Shown: in pieces, positions 7,586-15,718 of the stretch
Position numbering within the stretch: position 1 is the first letter of the stretch
How the letters are laid out: the number at the start of each line of letters is the position of its first letter
Program-made: the position numbers and the translations under genes
The notes under the pieces: model-generated
Seen by the model: only the letters and a program-made list of their open reading frames with translations
Told to the model about the DNA's origin: nothing
Databases searched by the model: none
Source: Pseudomonadota bacterium
GTDB taxonomy: Bacteria > Desulfobacterota > Desulfobacteria > Desulfobacterales > JBDRRP01
DNA: 20,000 nucleotides
Reading direction: 5' to 3'
Assembly: GCA_043825735.1 (NCBI GenBank)
Contig: JBDRRP010000107.1
Coordinates: 294,304-314,303 of the forward strand

Positions 7586-8023
7586 TTACATGCTTGCCCG
7601 CAGCAGGGGTAGACCTTCTCCCATCGCCGATTGCGTCAATCGCTCATCGAAACAGGCGAAAATGAGATCATTGGGCAATCGTTCATGAATAAGGAGGGCG
7701 GACGCCAAGTGGATGGCATCAAACCCCCTTAGCGGGTGTTTTTCAAGCACGGATCGGATCAGATCGTTCAGACCGTCATTGACCTCCACCCGAATGAACC
7801 CCGTCCAGTCGTTTTTAAAATCTACCATCGCTTTGTCAAACAGCGCCAAGGCCTCGGGTCCGGACGCTCTTTTTTTCCGATAAATGGCCGCTAAAGCTTC
7901 GGCGTATGCCACGGCAGACGTCGCCACTTCATCGGCCTGATTCCATGCAGCGACGAGCATCTCGGAAAAGGATTCTTTAAAATACTTTTTGACCAGGGCG
8001 CTGGTGTCCAGATACAAAATCAT
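7586..8023 (-). CDS. vapC: PIN-domain type II toxin (VapC family)
   Basis: 'ILYLDTSALVKKY', 'AYAEALAA', 'LRGFDAIHLASA', 'FACFDERL' contain the acidic PIN tetrad. Overlaps the antitoxin stop (ATGA). Confidence 0.93.
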   Translation of the reverse strand: MILYLDTSALVKKYFKESFSEMLVAAWNQADEVATSAVAYAEALAAIYRKKRASGPEALALFDKAMVDFKNDWTGFIRVEVNDGLNDLIRSVLEKHPLRGFDAIHLASALLIHERLPNDLIFACFDERLTQSAMGEGLPLLRASM

Positions 8024-8304
8024 CGCCGGTCCTCAATGACCATATCAGACACAGGCGTACCACTGACTGGTTGCTGGGGCGGAAGAATCGATTTTTTTTT
8101 CAGACGGGTGGTCGGCAGGGAAACCAACCCTTCCTTGACAAGGGGTGACAGGGCCGCGCGTATCGATTTAGCGTCGGGTTTTTCTCTGATAATTCTGGCA
8201 ATGGGTTTTCCCCTTTCCGTGATAATCACCTCGTCACCGGATTTTACAGCGGCCAGATAGCGGCTCAGATTGTTTTTGATTTCTTTGACACCGGCGTTAA
8301 TCAT
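8020..8304 (-). CDS. Phd/YefM-family antitoxin
   Basis: 'MINAGVKEIKNNLSRYLAAVKSGDEVIITERGKPIARII' is a Phd/YefM N-terminal domain. GGAG precedes ATG 8304. Confidence 0.92.
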   Translation of the reverse strand: MINAGVKEIKNNLSRYLAAVKSGDEVIITERGKPIARIIREKPDAKSIRAALSPLVKEGLVSLPTTRLKKKSILPPQQPVSGTPVSDMVIEDRR

Positions 8305-8319
8305 GGCGGTCAACTCCAG

Positions 8320-8349
8320 AGTAGCTACTTGTGGCAAAATCGTATCCAC
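8320..8349. promoter_or_regulatory. Probable antitoxin operator
   Basis: Perfect palindrome AGTAGCTACT (8320-8329) plus related GTATCCAC (8342-8349) just upstream of the antitoxin RBS. Phd-family autorepression via short GT-N4-AC palindromes is established for phage P1 phd/doc. Confidence 0.5.
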
Positions 8350-8414
8350 TTTTTCTGCAGAAATCAACCCGTAATATATGCTGCGGACGGCGCTTGGGGG
8401 CATGCAAGCGGTTC

Positions 8415-9284
8415 TTATGGCGTCACGTAAAGCAGCGGTCTCAGGGCCGTCAGTGTTGCCGGGCCGATGCCCTTGACCTTTGTCAACGCATCCACGGATC
8501 GGTAAGGCCGCCCGGAAATGATTTCTGCCGCAAGCGATGGCCCGATTCCCTTGATAGCGGCCAACTGCTCCGCGCTGGCGGTGTTGATGTCGATCCTTTT
8601 CTGCGGCGTTTCTTGAACGCGCACCTGTTGCTGGATATCCGACAGTTTGCGGTCCTCCGCGCGCTGCGCCGCCCTCAACTCGGCGATGCGATCCGGGTCG
8701 CTGCGCGCCCAGATGCCGGCCCGTTTCAACATGGCCGAGGCCTCCATGTCTTTGAGCCGCTGGCTCATTTCGTCATGAGCGACGCCCTCCGGCGTTTCCC
8801 GCCGGACGCCAAAAGGACGGGCGAGTCCATTTTTGACCAAAAGGCTCGCCAGATCATCACCGCCGGCGGTTTCGATAAAGCCGTAAATTCGCGGGATGGA
8901 TGAGCGCCCGGGCGCCGATGCGAATGTCGTATACAGCGTAAACGGCGCCGAGAGCACCCTGGCGGTAAACGCTGCTGCCGCCTTGCCGAAGCTCACGGCC
9001 TCGACAACGCTGGGCAGACCGAAGTACCGCATCTGCTCGCTCAACCGCCGGGCATCGGAGGTCGCCAGGGCGGATGTTTCGGGGCAGTCGACAAAATAGA
9101 GCCTCACCAGCAGGTGCCTGCCGCCGGCCATGACATGAAAACTGTCACCGTCGTTTGAATCCGATGCTGTCAACGCCACGTTGTGAAAAATCTCGAGGCT
9201 ACCGGCACGGCAAATCGATACCACTGAAAGCATCAGCATGGCGATGGAAAAAAAGACAACACCGACAGGCGCTTTGCGAATCAT
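8415..9284 (-). CDS. Secreted staphylococcal-nuclease (thermonuclease) domain plus ComEA-type helix-hairpin-helix protein
   Basis: Hydrophobic N-terminal signal; SNase motifs 'DGDSFHV', 'VRLYFVDCPE', 'RIYGFI', 'LVKNGLAR', 'GIWA'. C-terminal 'IDINTASAEQLAAIKGIGPSLA...VKGIGPATL' is a double HhH. Confidence 0.85.
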   Translation of the reverse strand: MIRKAPVGVVFFSIAMLMLSVVSICRAGSLEIFHNVALTASDSNDGDSFHVMAGGRHLLVRLYFVDCPETSALATSDARRLSEQMRYFGLPSVVEAVSFGKAAAAFTARVLSAPFTLYTTFASAPGRSSIPRIYGFIETAGGDDLASLLVKNGLARPFGVRRETPEGVAHDEMSQRLKDMEASAMLKRAGIWARSDPDRIAELRAAQRAEDRKLSDIQQQVRVQETPQKRIDINTASAEQLAAIKGIGPSLAAEIISGRPYRSVDALTKVKGIGPATLTALRPLLYVTP

Positions 9285-9395
9285 GAGTCCCCTCTGGAAG
9301 TATTCATTACAGGATTTCAGCCCGAGGGATTCGGGCCGCGGTTTCAGCTTACCGCGATGGAAAGCCCATACAGCCGGCGATGTTTTGGTGTCCTC

Positions 9396-10367
9396 TCATT
9401 GGCCTAAAACGCGGCTCGCCAGATATGCGGTGTAGCCGACATAGCATGCCAGCAATGCCGCTCCCTCGAAACGGTTGATGCGCCCGGGCCCCCGGAAACC
9501 GTAGCCGATGACAAAGAGAGAGACCGTGAGTGCGGCCATGACCGGAACGTCCCGGGAGAGAACTTCCGGCCCCACGCGCATCGGGTGAATCGCCCCGGCG
9601 ATGCCGACCACGGCCAGCGTGTTGAAAAGATTGGAGCCCAGAATATTGCCCAGGGCAATGTCGTGCTCTCCTTTGCGGGCGGCGATGATTGACGAGGCCA
9701 GCTCCGGCAGCGAGGTGCCAACGGCCACTATGGTGAGCCCGATGATGAGATCGCTCACCCCGAAGCCGCGGGCGATCTCGACCGCCCCCCAGACCAGGAG
9801 CCTGGAGCTGGCGACCAGCACGGCCAGTCCGATGATGAGCCAGAAGACCGCCCGGACGATCGGCAGGGTGCGTGCCTCCAGTTCCATCGCCATTTCTCTT
9901 CCCAGGGCGTCCGGCTGCCCGCGCAGGCCCTGGCGGATGGTCCAGGCCATCAGGGCGCCAAATACACCGAGCAGCACCAGGGCGTCGGCGCGGGAGATCT
10001 CGCCGTCCAAAAGCTGATAGGCGGCCAAGGTGGTGACGGCGGTGAGTATCGGCAGTTCCTTGCGAAGTACCTGAGAATGCACGGCGATGGGACTGATCAG
10101 GGCGGCCACTCCGAGGATCAGGGCGATGTTCGCGATATTCGAGCCGTAGGCGTTGCCAAGGGCGATGCCCGGGTTGCCCTGAGCGGCCGAGAGCGCCGAG
10201 ACCAGCATTTCGGGTACGGAAGTGCCAAAACCCACGATCACCATTCCGATCAGCAGCGGCGGCATCCCGAAATGGCGTGCGGTGGCCGCAGCGCCTTCCA
10301 CAAACCGGTCCGCGCTCCACACCAGGAGCACCAAACCAACGGCGATAGCGAGAATAGCGAGAGCCAT
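9396..10367 (-). CDS. Ca2+/Na+ antiporter, CaCA family (YrbG-like)
   Basis: Alpha repeats 'GFGTSVPEM...GNAYGSNIANI' and 'AVGTSLPEL...GNILGSNLFN'. Start is either ATG 10367 or GTG 10382. Confidence 0.95.
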   Translation of the reverse strand: MALAILAIAVGLVLLVWSADRFVEGAAATARHFGMPPLLIGMVIVGFGTSVPEMLVSALSAAQGNPGIALGNAYGSNIANIALILGVAALISPIAVHSQVLRKELPILTAVTTLAAYQLLDGEISRADALVLLGVFGALMAWTIRQGLRGQPDALGREMAMELEARTLPIVRAVFWLIIGLAVLVASSRLLVWGAVEIARGFGVSDLIIGLTIVAVGTSLPELASSIIAARKGEHDIALGNILGSNLFNTLAVVGIAGAIHPMRVGPEVLSRDVPVMAALTVSLFVIGYGFRGPGRINRFEGAALLACYVGYTAYLASRVLGQ

Positions 10368-10495
10368 AGGGTGGGTTACCACGCTTGCCGCACTGGCAGA
10401 GGCCCTGGAACAACCGCAAGGCTGCCGAACCGGGCGCGGTTCAGGGTGGTGTATAAGGTATTGGCCGGGTCAAAGGATAAATGGCCACGTTTTCA

Positions 10496-11650
10496 TTAAG
10501 GCGTTCGCTTGACCGGCCTTCGTGTCCGGCGTTTTTTCCCTTCAATTTTTTCGATGGGATCGTTTACATAGACTTTTCCTAGCCCGATCGGCGAGGTAAA
10601 TGTCCCGCCTTTTTTGTCTTCACTGATGCCATCTGAAAACCCTAAATCCAATGGCACTTTTCCCCGGCCGCCCATGGCATCGACGACATAGGTCGGGCGA
10701 AGAAAACCGGTCGTGGATCCGCAAAGGTCCCTGCAGATTTCTTTGCCGCGGTATACGTCTGTTCTGAAATGGCCGGTGCCCTCAACGAGATCGGCATAAT
10801 ACAGATAATATGGTTTTATCCCCATCTTACCCAGGCCGTGCATCAGGACCCTCATGACATCGGTGTCATCGTTGACGCCCTTCATCAAGACGGTCTGGTT
10901 CCCGAGCGGAATGCCCAACTCCCTTAAAATCTTAACGGCCTTGTAGCTTTCTGCCGTGATTTCATTGGGGTGATTGAAGTGGGTGTTGATGTAAAACTGC
11001 GGTTCTTTCAGCGACTGGGGCGTGTGTTTTCTCAGCACCTCAACCAGTTCTTTGTCTTCAATAATTTTTTGCGGCCACACGCAGGGCACCCTTGTCCCGA
11101 TTCTGATCATTTCGAGGTGGCGGATTTCTTTCAGTTTCCCCAGGATCTCATCGAGCCGGCTGACCTTGATTAAAAACGGGTCTCCGCCGGAGATCAATAC
11201 GTCCCTGATGTCTTCGTGGGAAGCAACGTATTCGATCCCTTTTTTGATGTCCTCGATTGACGGGTTTTTTCGTTCGTCGCCAACTTTTCGCTTTCTGGTG
11301 CAAAAGCGGCAATACATGGCGCACTCGTTCGATACGAGCAGCAGCACCCGATCCGGATACCGGTGGACGATCGTCCTCGGCCCGCCCAGCGGGATGTCGC
11401 CTTCCTCATCGAGCGGATCCGCCGTCAGGTCCATGTAGTGATCGAGCTCGTCGACATTGGGAATGGACTGTTTCCAAATGCCGTCGTTCATTTTCTCGAT
11501 AAGGTTGAGGTAATAGGTGTTGACCCGCATGGGGTATCTGGCAATGACCTCCTCGAGTCTGGGGTCGACTTTGACCCGACGCCCGGCAAGCCATTTCTCC
11601 AGATCGGCGAATGTTTTGATGCCGTTTCTTAAGATGTCCCTGTAAGCCAT
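10496..11650 (-). CDS. kamA: KamA-family radical SAM/PLP aminomutase (lysine 2,3-aminomutase-like)
   Basis: 'HRYPDRVLL', CxxxCxxC 'CAMYCRFCTR', 'ISGGDP', 'RIGTRVP', 'THFNHPNE', 'NQTVLMKGVND', 'GHFR', 'YVVDAMGGRGK' (PLP lysine). GGAAGGA lies upstream. Confidence 0.9.
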   Translation of the reverse strand: MAYRDILRNGIKTFADLEKWLAGRRVKVDPRLEEVIARYPMRVNTYYLNLIEKMNDGIWKQSIPNVDELDHYMDLTADPLDEEGDIPLGGPRTIVHRYPDRVLLLVSNECAMYCRFCTRKRKVGDERKNPSIEDIKKGIEYVASHEDIRDVLISGGDPFLIKVSRLDEILGKLKEIRHLEMIRIGTRVPCVWPQKIIEDKELVEVLRKHTPQSLKEPQFYINTHFNHPNEITAESYKAVKILRELGIPLGNQTVLMKGVNDDTDVMRVLMHGLGKMGIKPYYLYYADLVEGTGHFRTDVYRGKEICRDLCGSTTGFLRPTYVVDAMGGRGKVPLDLGFSDGISEDKKGGTFTSPIGLGKVYVNDPIEKIEGKKRRTRRPVKRTP

Positions 11651-11870
11651 AACTGAGCTTCCTTCCTATTTCTTGTGACGTCAAGCCGGCATCAATACTT
11701 TTCTGTGTTGAACCGACGCCTCGGCGGTGATTTGGCTATAGAAGATCACAGTCTTGGATTTGCGGTTATAATTAGCGAGGTTGGCGTTCAGGATCAAGGT
11801 AAAAATGAGGAAGAGGCAGGACGGGTGCATAAAGAGGCCAGTGATTTTAAACTACAACCCGGAGGCCGTT

Positions 11871-13070
11871 CTACAAGCGACATTCCCGCCACGGCCGAAC
11901 CAGCAGAATGAGCCAGGCCGCCCCGATATACATCAGGCCCAGGTAGGAAAAGACCAGGGTATAGTTGCCTTGGGTAACGTCCAGAATATGGCCGGTGAGC
12001 CAGGGGCCCAGGGGGCCGGCCACGAAGCCGTAGGCGGTAAACACCAGGCCGAAAATGGCCCCGAAGTGCGCCATGCCGAAACAGTCGCCGGCCAGGGGGC
12101 CGGATACCGCAAACAGGGTCCCGAAGGCAAAACCGATGACCGCCGCCAGCGCGGCCCACAGCCACAGCCCGCCCAGATGCGGCATGAGCAGATAGGCCGC
12201 GCCCGCGCAGGCAAAGCTCACGGCCATGGTGAGGGTTCGCCCGATGCGGTCCGAATAGTACCCGCTGATCAACCGTCCGCAGCCGTTGGTCACGTTGAAG
12301 GCCGTGAGCAGCACGACGGCCTGGGGCAGAGTTAGGCCCCGGGCCAGGCCGAACCCGGTGGCCAGTACCAGCATGCTGGCCCCGGCGGCGCCGGCCAGCA
12401 CCCAGGTGAGCCACAGGCACCAGAACTCGCGGCTTTTCAGCGCGTCTTCCACCGTACGGCCCGAGAGCGGTGGTGAGGGTTCGGCTGACGGGGTCGACGC
12501 CGCTGTCTCCGGAAACCGGATCAGGGCGGCAGCGGCCAGGCCGATGGTGAGTGCGGCGAAACCCGCGGCCAGGATCAATGTTTCATAGCCCCATTTCAGC
12601 AGCAGGATAGAAAATACCGGTGACATGATCGCTGCCGACAGTCCGAACACCATATTGAAAAAACCCGAGACCAGGCCCCGCCGGTGTGGATACCAGCGCT
12701 GGACCACCGTCAGCCCCGGAAGGTAGACAAACGCCGACGACGCGCCGACAAAAAACGCCCATATGTTGACTTCGTGTATGCTGCCGGCCGAACTCAGCCA
12801 GATGGCGCTGCCGCCGCACGCCACGGCCCCGATGGCAGTCAGTCGTCCCGGTCCATACTTTTGCATCAGGCGCCCGCACAGGTACATAAAGCAGGTCGCG
12901 CCGGTGAGTACAAAAAAGACCGTTCCGCCGACCTCTCGGCCGCTGGCGCCGAAGGCCTGCTGCCAGTGCTGGCGCAGGATCCCCGGAAGACCGAAAATGA
13001 ATGCCCCCGGCCAGAAAATGGCACAGGCGCAAGCAATCAGGACAAAGCCTCGGGCGTTTTTTGTCGGCAT
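11871..13070 (-). CDS. MFS transporter, OFA (oxalate/formate antiporter, MCT-like) family
   Basis: About 12 hydrophobic segments, 'VQRWYPHRRGLVSG', 'LKSREFW', 'GRLISGYYSDRIGR', 'FGMAHFGAIFG'. Confidence 0.9.
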   Translation of the reverse strand: MPTKNARGFVLIACACAIFWPGAFIFGLPGILRQHWQQAFGASGREVGGTVFFVLTGATCFMYLCGRLMQKYGPGRLTAIGAVACGGSAIWLSSAGSIHEVNIWAFFVGASSAFVYLPGLTVVQRWYPHRRGLVSGFFNMVFGLSAAIMSPVFSILLLKWGYETLILAAGFAALTIGLAAAALIRFPETAASTPSAEPSPPLSGRTVEDALKSREFWCLWLTWVLAGAAGASMLVLATGFGLARGLTLPQAVVLLTAFNVTNGCGRLISGYYSDRIGRTLTMAVSFACAGAAYLLMPHLGGLWLWAALAAVIGFAFGTLFAVSGPLAGDCFGMAHFGAIFGLVFTAYGFVAGPLGPWLTGHILDVTQGNYTLVFSYLGLMYIGAAWLILLVRPWRECRL

Positions 13071-13200
13071 GCGGGCTCCTTGGTCGATACCGGATCGGCA
13101 GCGATGTATCAGCGCCCTATATCATGATGTCCCTATTTGGGCGAGTGTGGAGGGCTTAGGGCAATCGTCAGAATAATATTCCGGGTCACCCCCAAGATTC

Positions 13201-13293
13201 TCTCGCAATCAGGATCGTAATCGGGATCGAAATCGATGTCTTACAAGGCCGATACCGATACCGATATCGATTGCGATATCGATTTCGATGTTC
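13201..13293 (-). repeat. ATCGNN hexamer palindromic element, copy 2
   Basis: Minus strand GAAC ATCGAA ATCGAT ATCGCA ATCGAT ATCGGT ATCGGT ATCGGC CTTGTA AGAC ATCGAT TTCGAT CCCGAT TACGAT CCTGAT TGCGAG A. Core 29/33 identical to 7387-7419. Confidence 0.85.
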
Positions 13294-13462
13294 GCCAGAT
13301 AATCCGGTTGAGAAGGGCCCCTTATCTCAGTTGTTGATTGCGTCCGTTCGCAATTATGGAGTATCCTGAAACCGCATTTCGAACCCGGTCGCCCAGTCGC
13401 TGAAGAATTGAAAAAAGAACTCACTGAAAAAAAATATGGACCAGACTGGACAGGGAGGTTTC

Positions 13463-14911
13463 ATGCCGGAAGAAAAAACACGGACTCATGCGCTGACATC
13501 GGGCGAATCGGAATACCAGACCTTTGTAAACAATCTGCGCGCCGGTGTGTACCGGGTCACCGGGGGCGACGGCGGCCGGTTCCTTCAGGCCAATACCGCC
13601 ATGATGGTCCTCTTCGGCTTCGAATCGATGGATGAATTGAACCAGGCGAAGATATCCGACCTGTACATCGATCCGGAGGATAGGGTTCGGTTTATCGAGG
13701 AGGTCCGACAGACCGGCAACGCCAGAGGCAAGGAGCTGCGGCTGAGGAAAAAAGACGGCACGCCGTTCTGGGCTTCGTGCACCGCCTCGATCCGCACCGA
13801 TGACCAGGGCGTTGTTCAGTATATCGAAGGCATCATCGAGGACATTACCGAACGCAAAAACGCGGAGCGGGCGCTCCGGGACAGCGAAAAGGAGAATCGC
13901 ACGCTCCTTGAAAATCTGCGCGCCGGCGTGTACCGGGTCACTGGAAAGGGTGTCGGCGATTTCATCCGGGCAAATTCGGCGATGATTTCGCTGTTCGGCT
14001 TTGACTCATGGGAAGACCTGAAGCGATCTTCCGTAGCCGATCTGTACGCCGAAAACGAAGACCGAATCGGCTTTGTTGAAGAAGTTTTCAGTAAGGGGTA
14101 TGCCAAGGGCAAAGAGCTGCGGTTGAAAAAAAAAGACGGCACCCCGTTCTGGGGCGCATGCACGGCGGCTATCCGCAGGGATGAAGACGACCATGTCCTT
14201 TACGTCGAAGGGATCATTGAAGACATCACCGATCGAAAGCTGGCCGAAGAGGCGCTCCGGCATTCCAACGAGATCCTGAACAACATTCTGTCGGCATCGC
14301 CCGTCGGAATCGGGCTACTGGAAGACGATGTCATTCAGTGGGCCAACACGGAAATGAGCACCATGTTCGGTTTCAGAAGCGAGGATGAATGCAGGGGGCA
14401 GAAGATCGCTTCGATCTATACCTCCGCGGAAGAATACGAACGGGTGATCCGTCAAATCAAGGAAAATCTGAAATCCGGTCGCCCGCCCGAGGTGGATGCC
14501 GCATATCAGCGAAGAGACGGTCAGACTTTTACCGGCCATTTCAAAATGAGCTGTCCAGATCCATCCAACCCTTCGAAACGCGCTATTTTCACCATTCACG
14601 ATATTTCCTGGCGGTTGCAGGCGGAAAAAGAGCGCATTCAGAGAGAGAAACTCCAGGGTGTTCTCGAAATGGCCGGTGCCGTGTGTCACGAGATGAATCA
14701 GCCGCTGCAGGGCATTTTCGGATACGCGGAGACCTGCATGTTCGGGTTGGACAAGGACCACCCGCTGTACGAAAAACTGGAAAAAATTGTCGGTTTCTCG
14801 GCCAGAATGGGGCAGATCACCAACAAACTGCAGCATATCACCACTTACGCGACAAAGGATTATACCGCTGGGGTCAAAATAATAGACATCGACCGCTCGA
14901 CACAGCAGTAA
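13463..14911 (+). CDS. Cytoplasmic triple-PAS sensor with HisKA (H-box) domain and no HATPase domain
   Basis: Two tandem PAS/PAC repeats ('LRLRKKDGTPFW...IEGIIEDITERK') 127 aa apart, a third PAS, and H-box 'LEMAGAVCHEMNQPLQ'. The protein ends about 73 aa after the His with no N/G1/F/G2 boxes. GGAGG precedes ATG 13463. Confidence 0.9.
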   Translation: MPEEKTRTHALTSGESEYQTFVNNLRAGVYRVTGGDGGRFLQANTAMMVLFGFESMDELNQAKISDLYIDPEDRVRFIEEVRQTGNARGKELRLRKKDGTPFWASCTASIRTDDQGVVQYIEGIIEDITERKNAERALRDSEKENRTLLENLRAGVYRVTGKGVGDFIRANSAMISLFGFDSWEDLKRSSVADLYAENEDRIGFVEEVFSKGYAKGKELRLKKKDGTPFWGACTAAIRRDEDDHVLYVEGIIEDITDRKLAEEALRHSNEILNNILSASPVGIGLLEDDVIQWANTEMSTMFGFRSEDECRGQKIASIYTSAEEYERVIRQIKENLKSGRPPEVDAAYQRRDGQTFTGHFKMSCPDPSNPSKRAIFTIHDISWRLQAEKERIQREKLQGVLEMAGAVCHEMNQPLQGIFGYAETCMFGLDKDHPLYEKLEKIVGFSARMGQITNKLQHITTYATKDYTAGVKIIDIDRSTQQ

Positions 14912-14927
14912 GCCAAAGTTTTTTTAT

Positions 14928-15073
14928 TAGGACCTATCTCAAAAAACGGATTTTTGGTTCAGATCAAGGCGAAGGCAAGCATCAACCCGCAGGAATACTG
15001 CTGGATTTTGAGGACTTGATGCGCGGCTTAAACGCCGATATGGGCCAAAAAGACTTTTTTGAGATAGGTTCTA
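14928..15073. mobile_element. MITE-like non-autonomous element (~146 bp)
   Basis: Terminal inverted repeats TAGGACCTATCTCAAAAAA (14928-14946) and TTTTTTGAGATAGGTTCTA (15055-15073), 18/19 match. Complementarity extends inward (TTTTTGG...CCAAAAA). TA at both ends; no coding capacity. Confidence 0.75.
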
Positions 15074-15254
15074 TAATCGGTCCAAAGACGCCGGCTTGGC
15101 AGTATGCAGAAAATATAAAGTTCGTATCGTCCAAATTTAAATATTAAGGGCATTCCCAATAATCGCGTGATTTATAATCAACACCCCCTTTTTCCCTCTG
15201 TCTTCCGGCCCTTTTACCAAACCTAAAAATCCTTTTTATTTCATGCCACCGCAA

Positions 15255-15293
15255 TCTTTATCAACTCTTTACAGTTTCTTTAAATTTCCTTTT
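15255..15293 (+). promoter_or_regulatory. 11-bp-period direct repeats, candidate OmpR/PhoB-family regulator site
   Basis: TCTTTA at 15255, 15266 and 15277 and degenerate CCTTTT at 15288, followed by a -10-like TATCTT at 15305, upstream of the Met-rich lipoprotein gene. Confidence 0.5.
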
Positions 15294-15389
15294 TATTCAA
15301 TGGCTATCTTCTTTCCATTACGGACTGTCGGGTTATTGGATTTCCAATAATGGCAGTCTCACAACAATTTATGGAAGGGAGAACAGATC

Positions 15390-15584
15390 ATGAAAGCATC
15401 GAGGTACTTAAGAGTCGGCCTGATGGGATTGGCGTTGCTGGGTTTCACGTTCAGCATGGCAAGTTGTGGAATGTCGAATAAATCAATGAATAACGATGGG
15501 ATGAAATCCGAGAGCACGATGGAAAAGCCCATGACAACGGATACAATGAAATCCGAGGGCATGATGGAAAAGCCGATGAAATAG
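15390..15584 (+). CDS. Small methionine-rich lipoprotein (MXKDX pentapeptide-repeat-like)
   Basis: GGAG RBS; signal peptide ending MAS-C; mature part Met/Lys/Asp/Glu-rich with duplicated MKSE(S/G)(T/M)MEKPM (DNA repeat 15501-15534 vs 15546-15579, 31/34). Confidence 0.8.
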   Translation: MKASRYLRVGLMGLALLGFTFSMASCGMSNKSMNNDGMKSESTMEKPMTTDTMKSEGMMEKPMK

Positions 15585-15672
15585 GACGATATGAAATAAA
15601 AACCAGCGTGCGGACACTCTGAAGCTTTCGAAATTATGCTTTGGAGTGTCCTTTCGGAGGGGGGGCAAAATC

Positions 15673-15714
15673 AGAGGGGCCAGATGGCAGACTGCGGCTG
15701 TTGATCTGCCCTCT
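15673..15714. terminator. Hairpin between convergent genes
   Basis: AGAGGGGCCAGAT-GGCAG...CTGTT-GATCTGCCCTCT imperfect stem right after the DUF362 stop. Weak T-tract. Confidence 0.45.
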
Positions 15715-15718
15715 TCGG

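Noticed and set aside
8304..8403. N-terminal extension of the antitoxin (127-aa ORF call)
   Set aside because: The Phd domain begins at ATG 8304 with its own RBS, and the extension covers the probable operator/promoter.
13532..14260. DGR template/variable repeat pair from the PAS duplication
   Set aside because: Both copies are in frame in one gene, mismatches are not adenine-specific, and there is no reverse transcriptase.
14389..15147. 252-aa alternative-frame ORF as a frameshifted HATPase domain
   Set aside because: No N/G1/F/G2 boxes; it overlaps the sensor gene and runs through the MITE.
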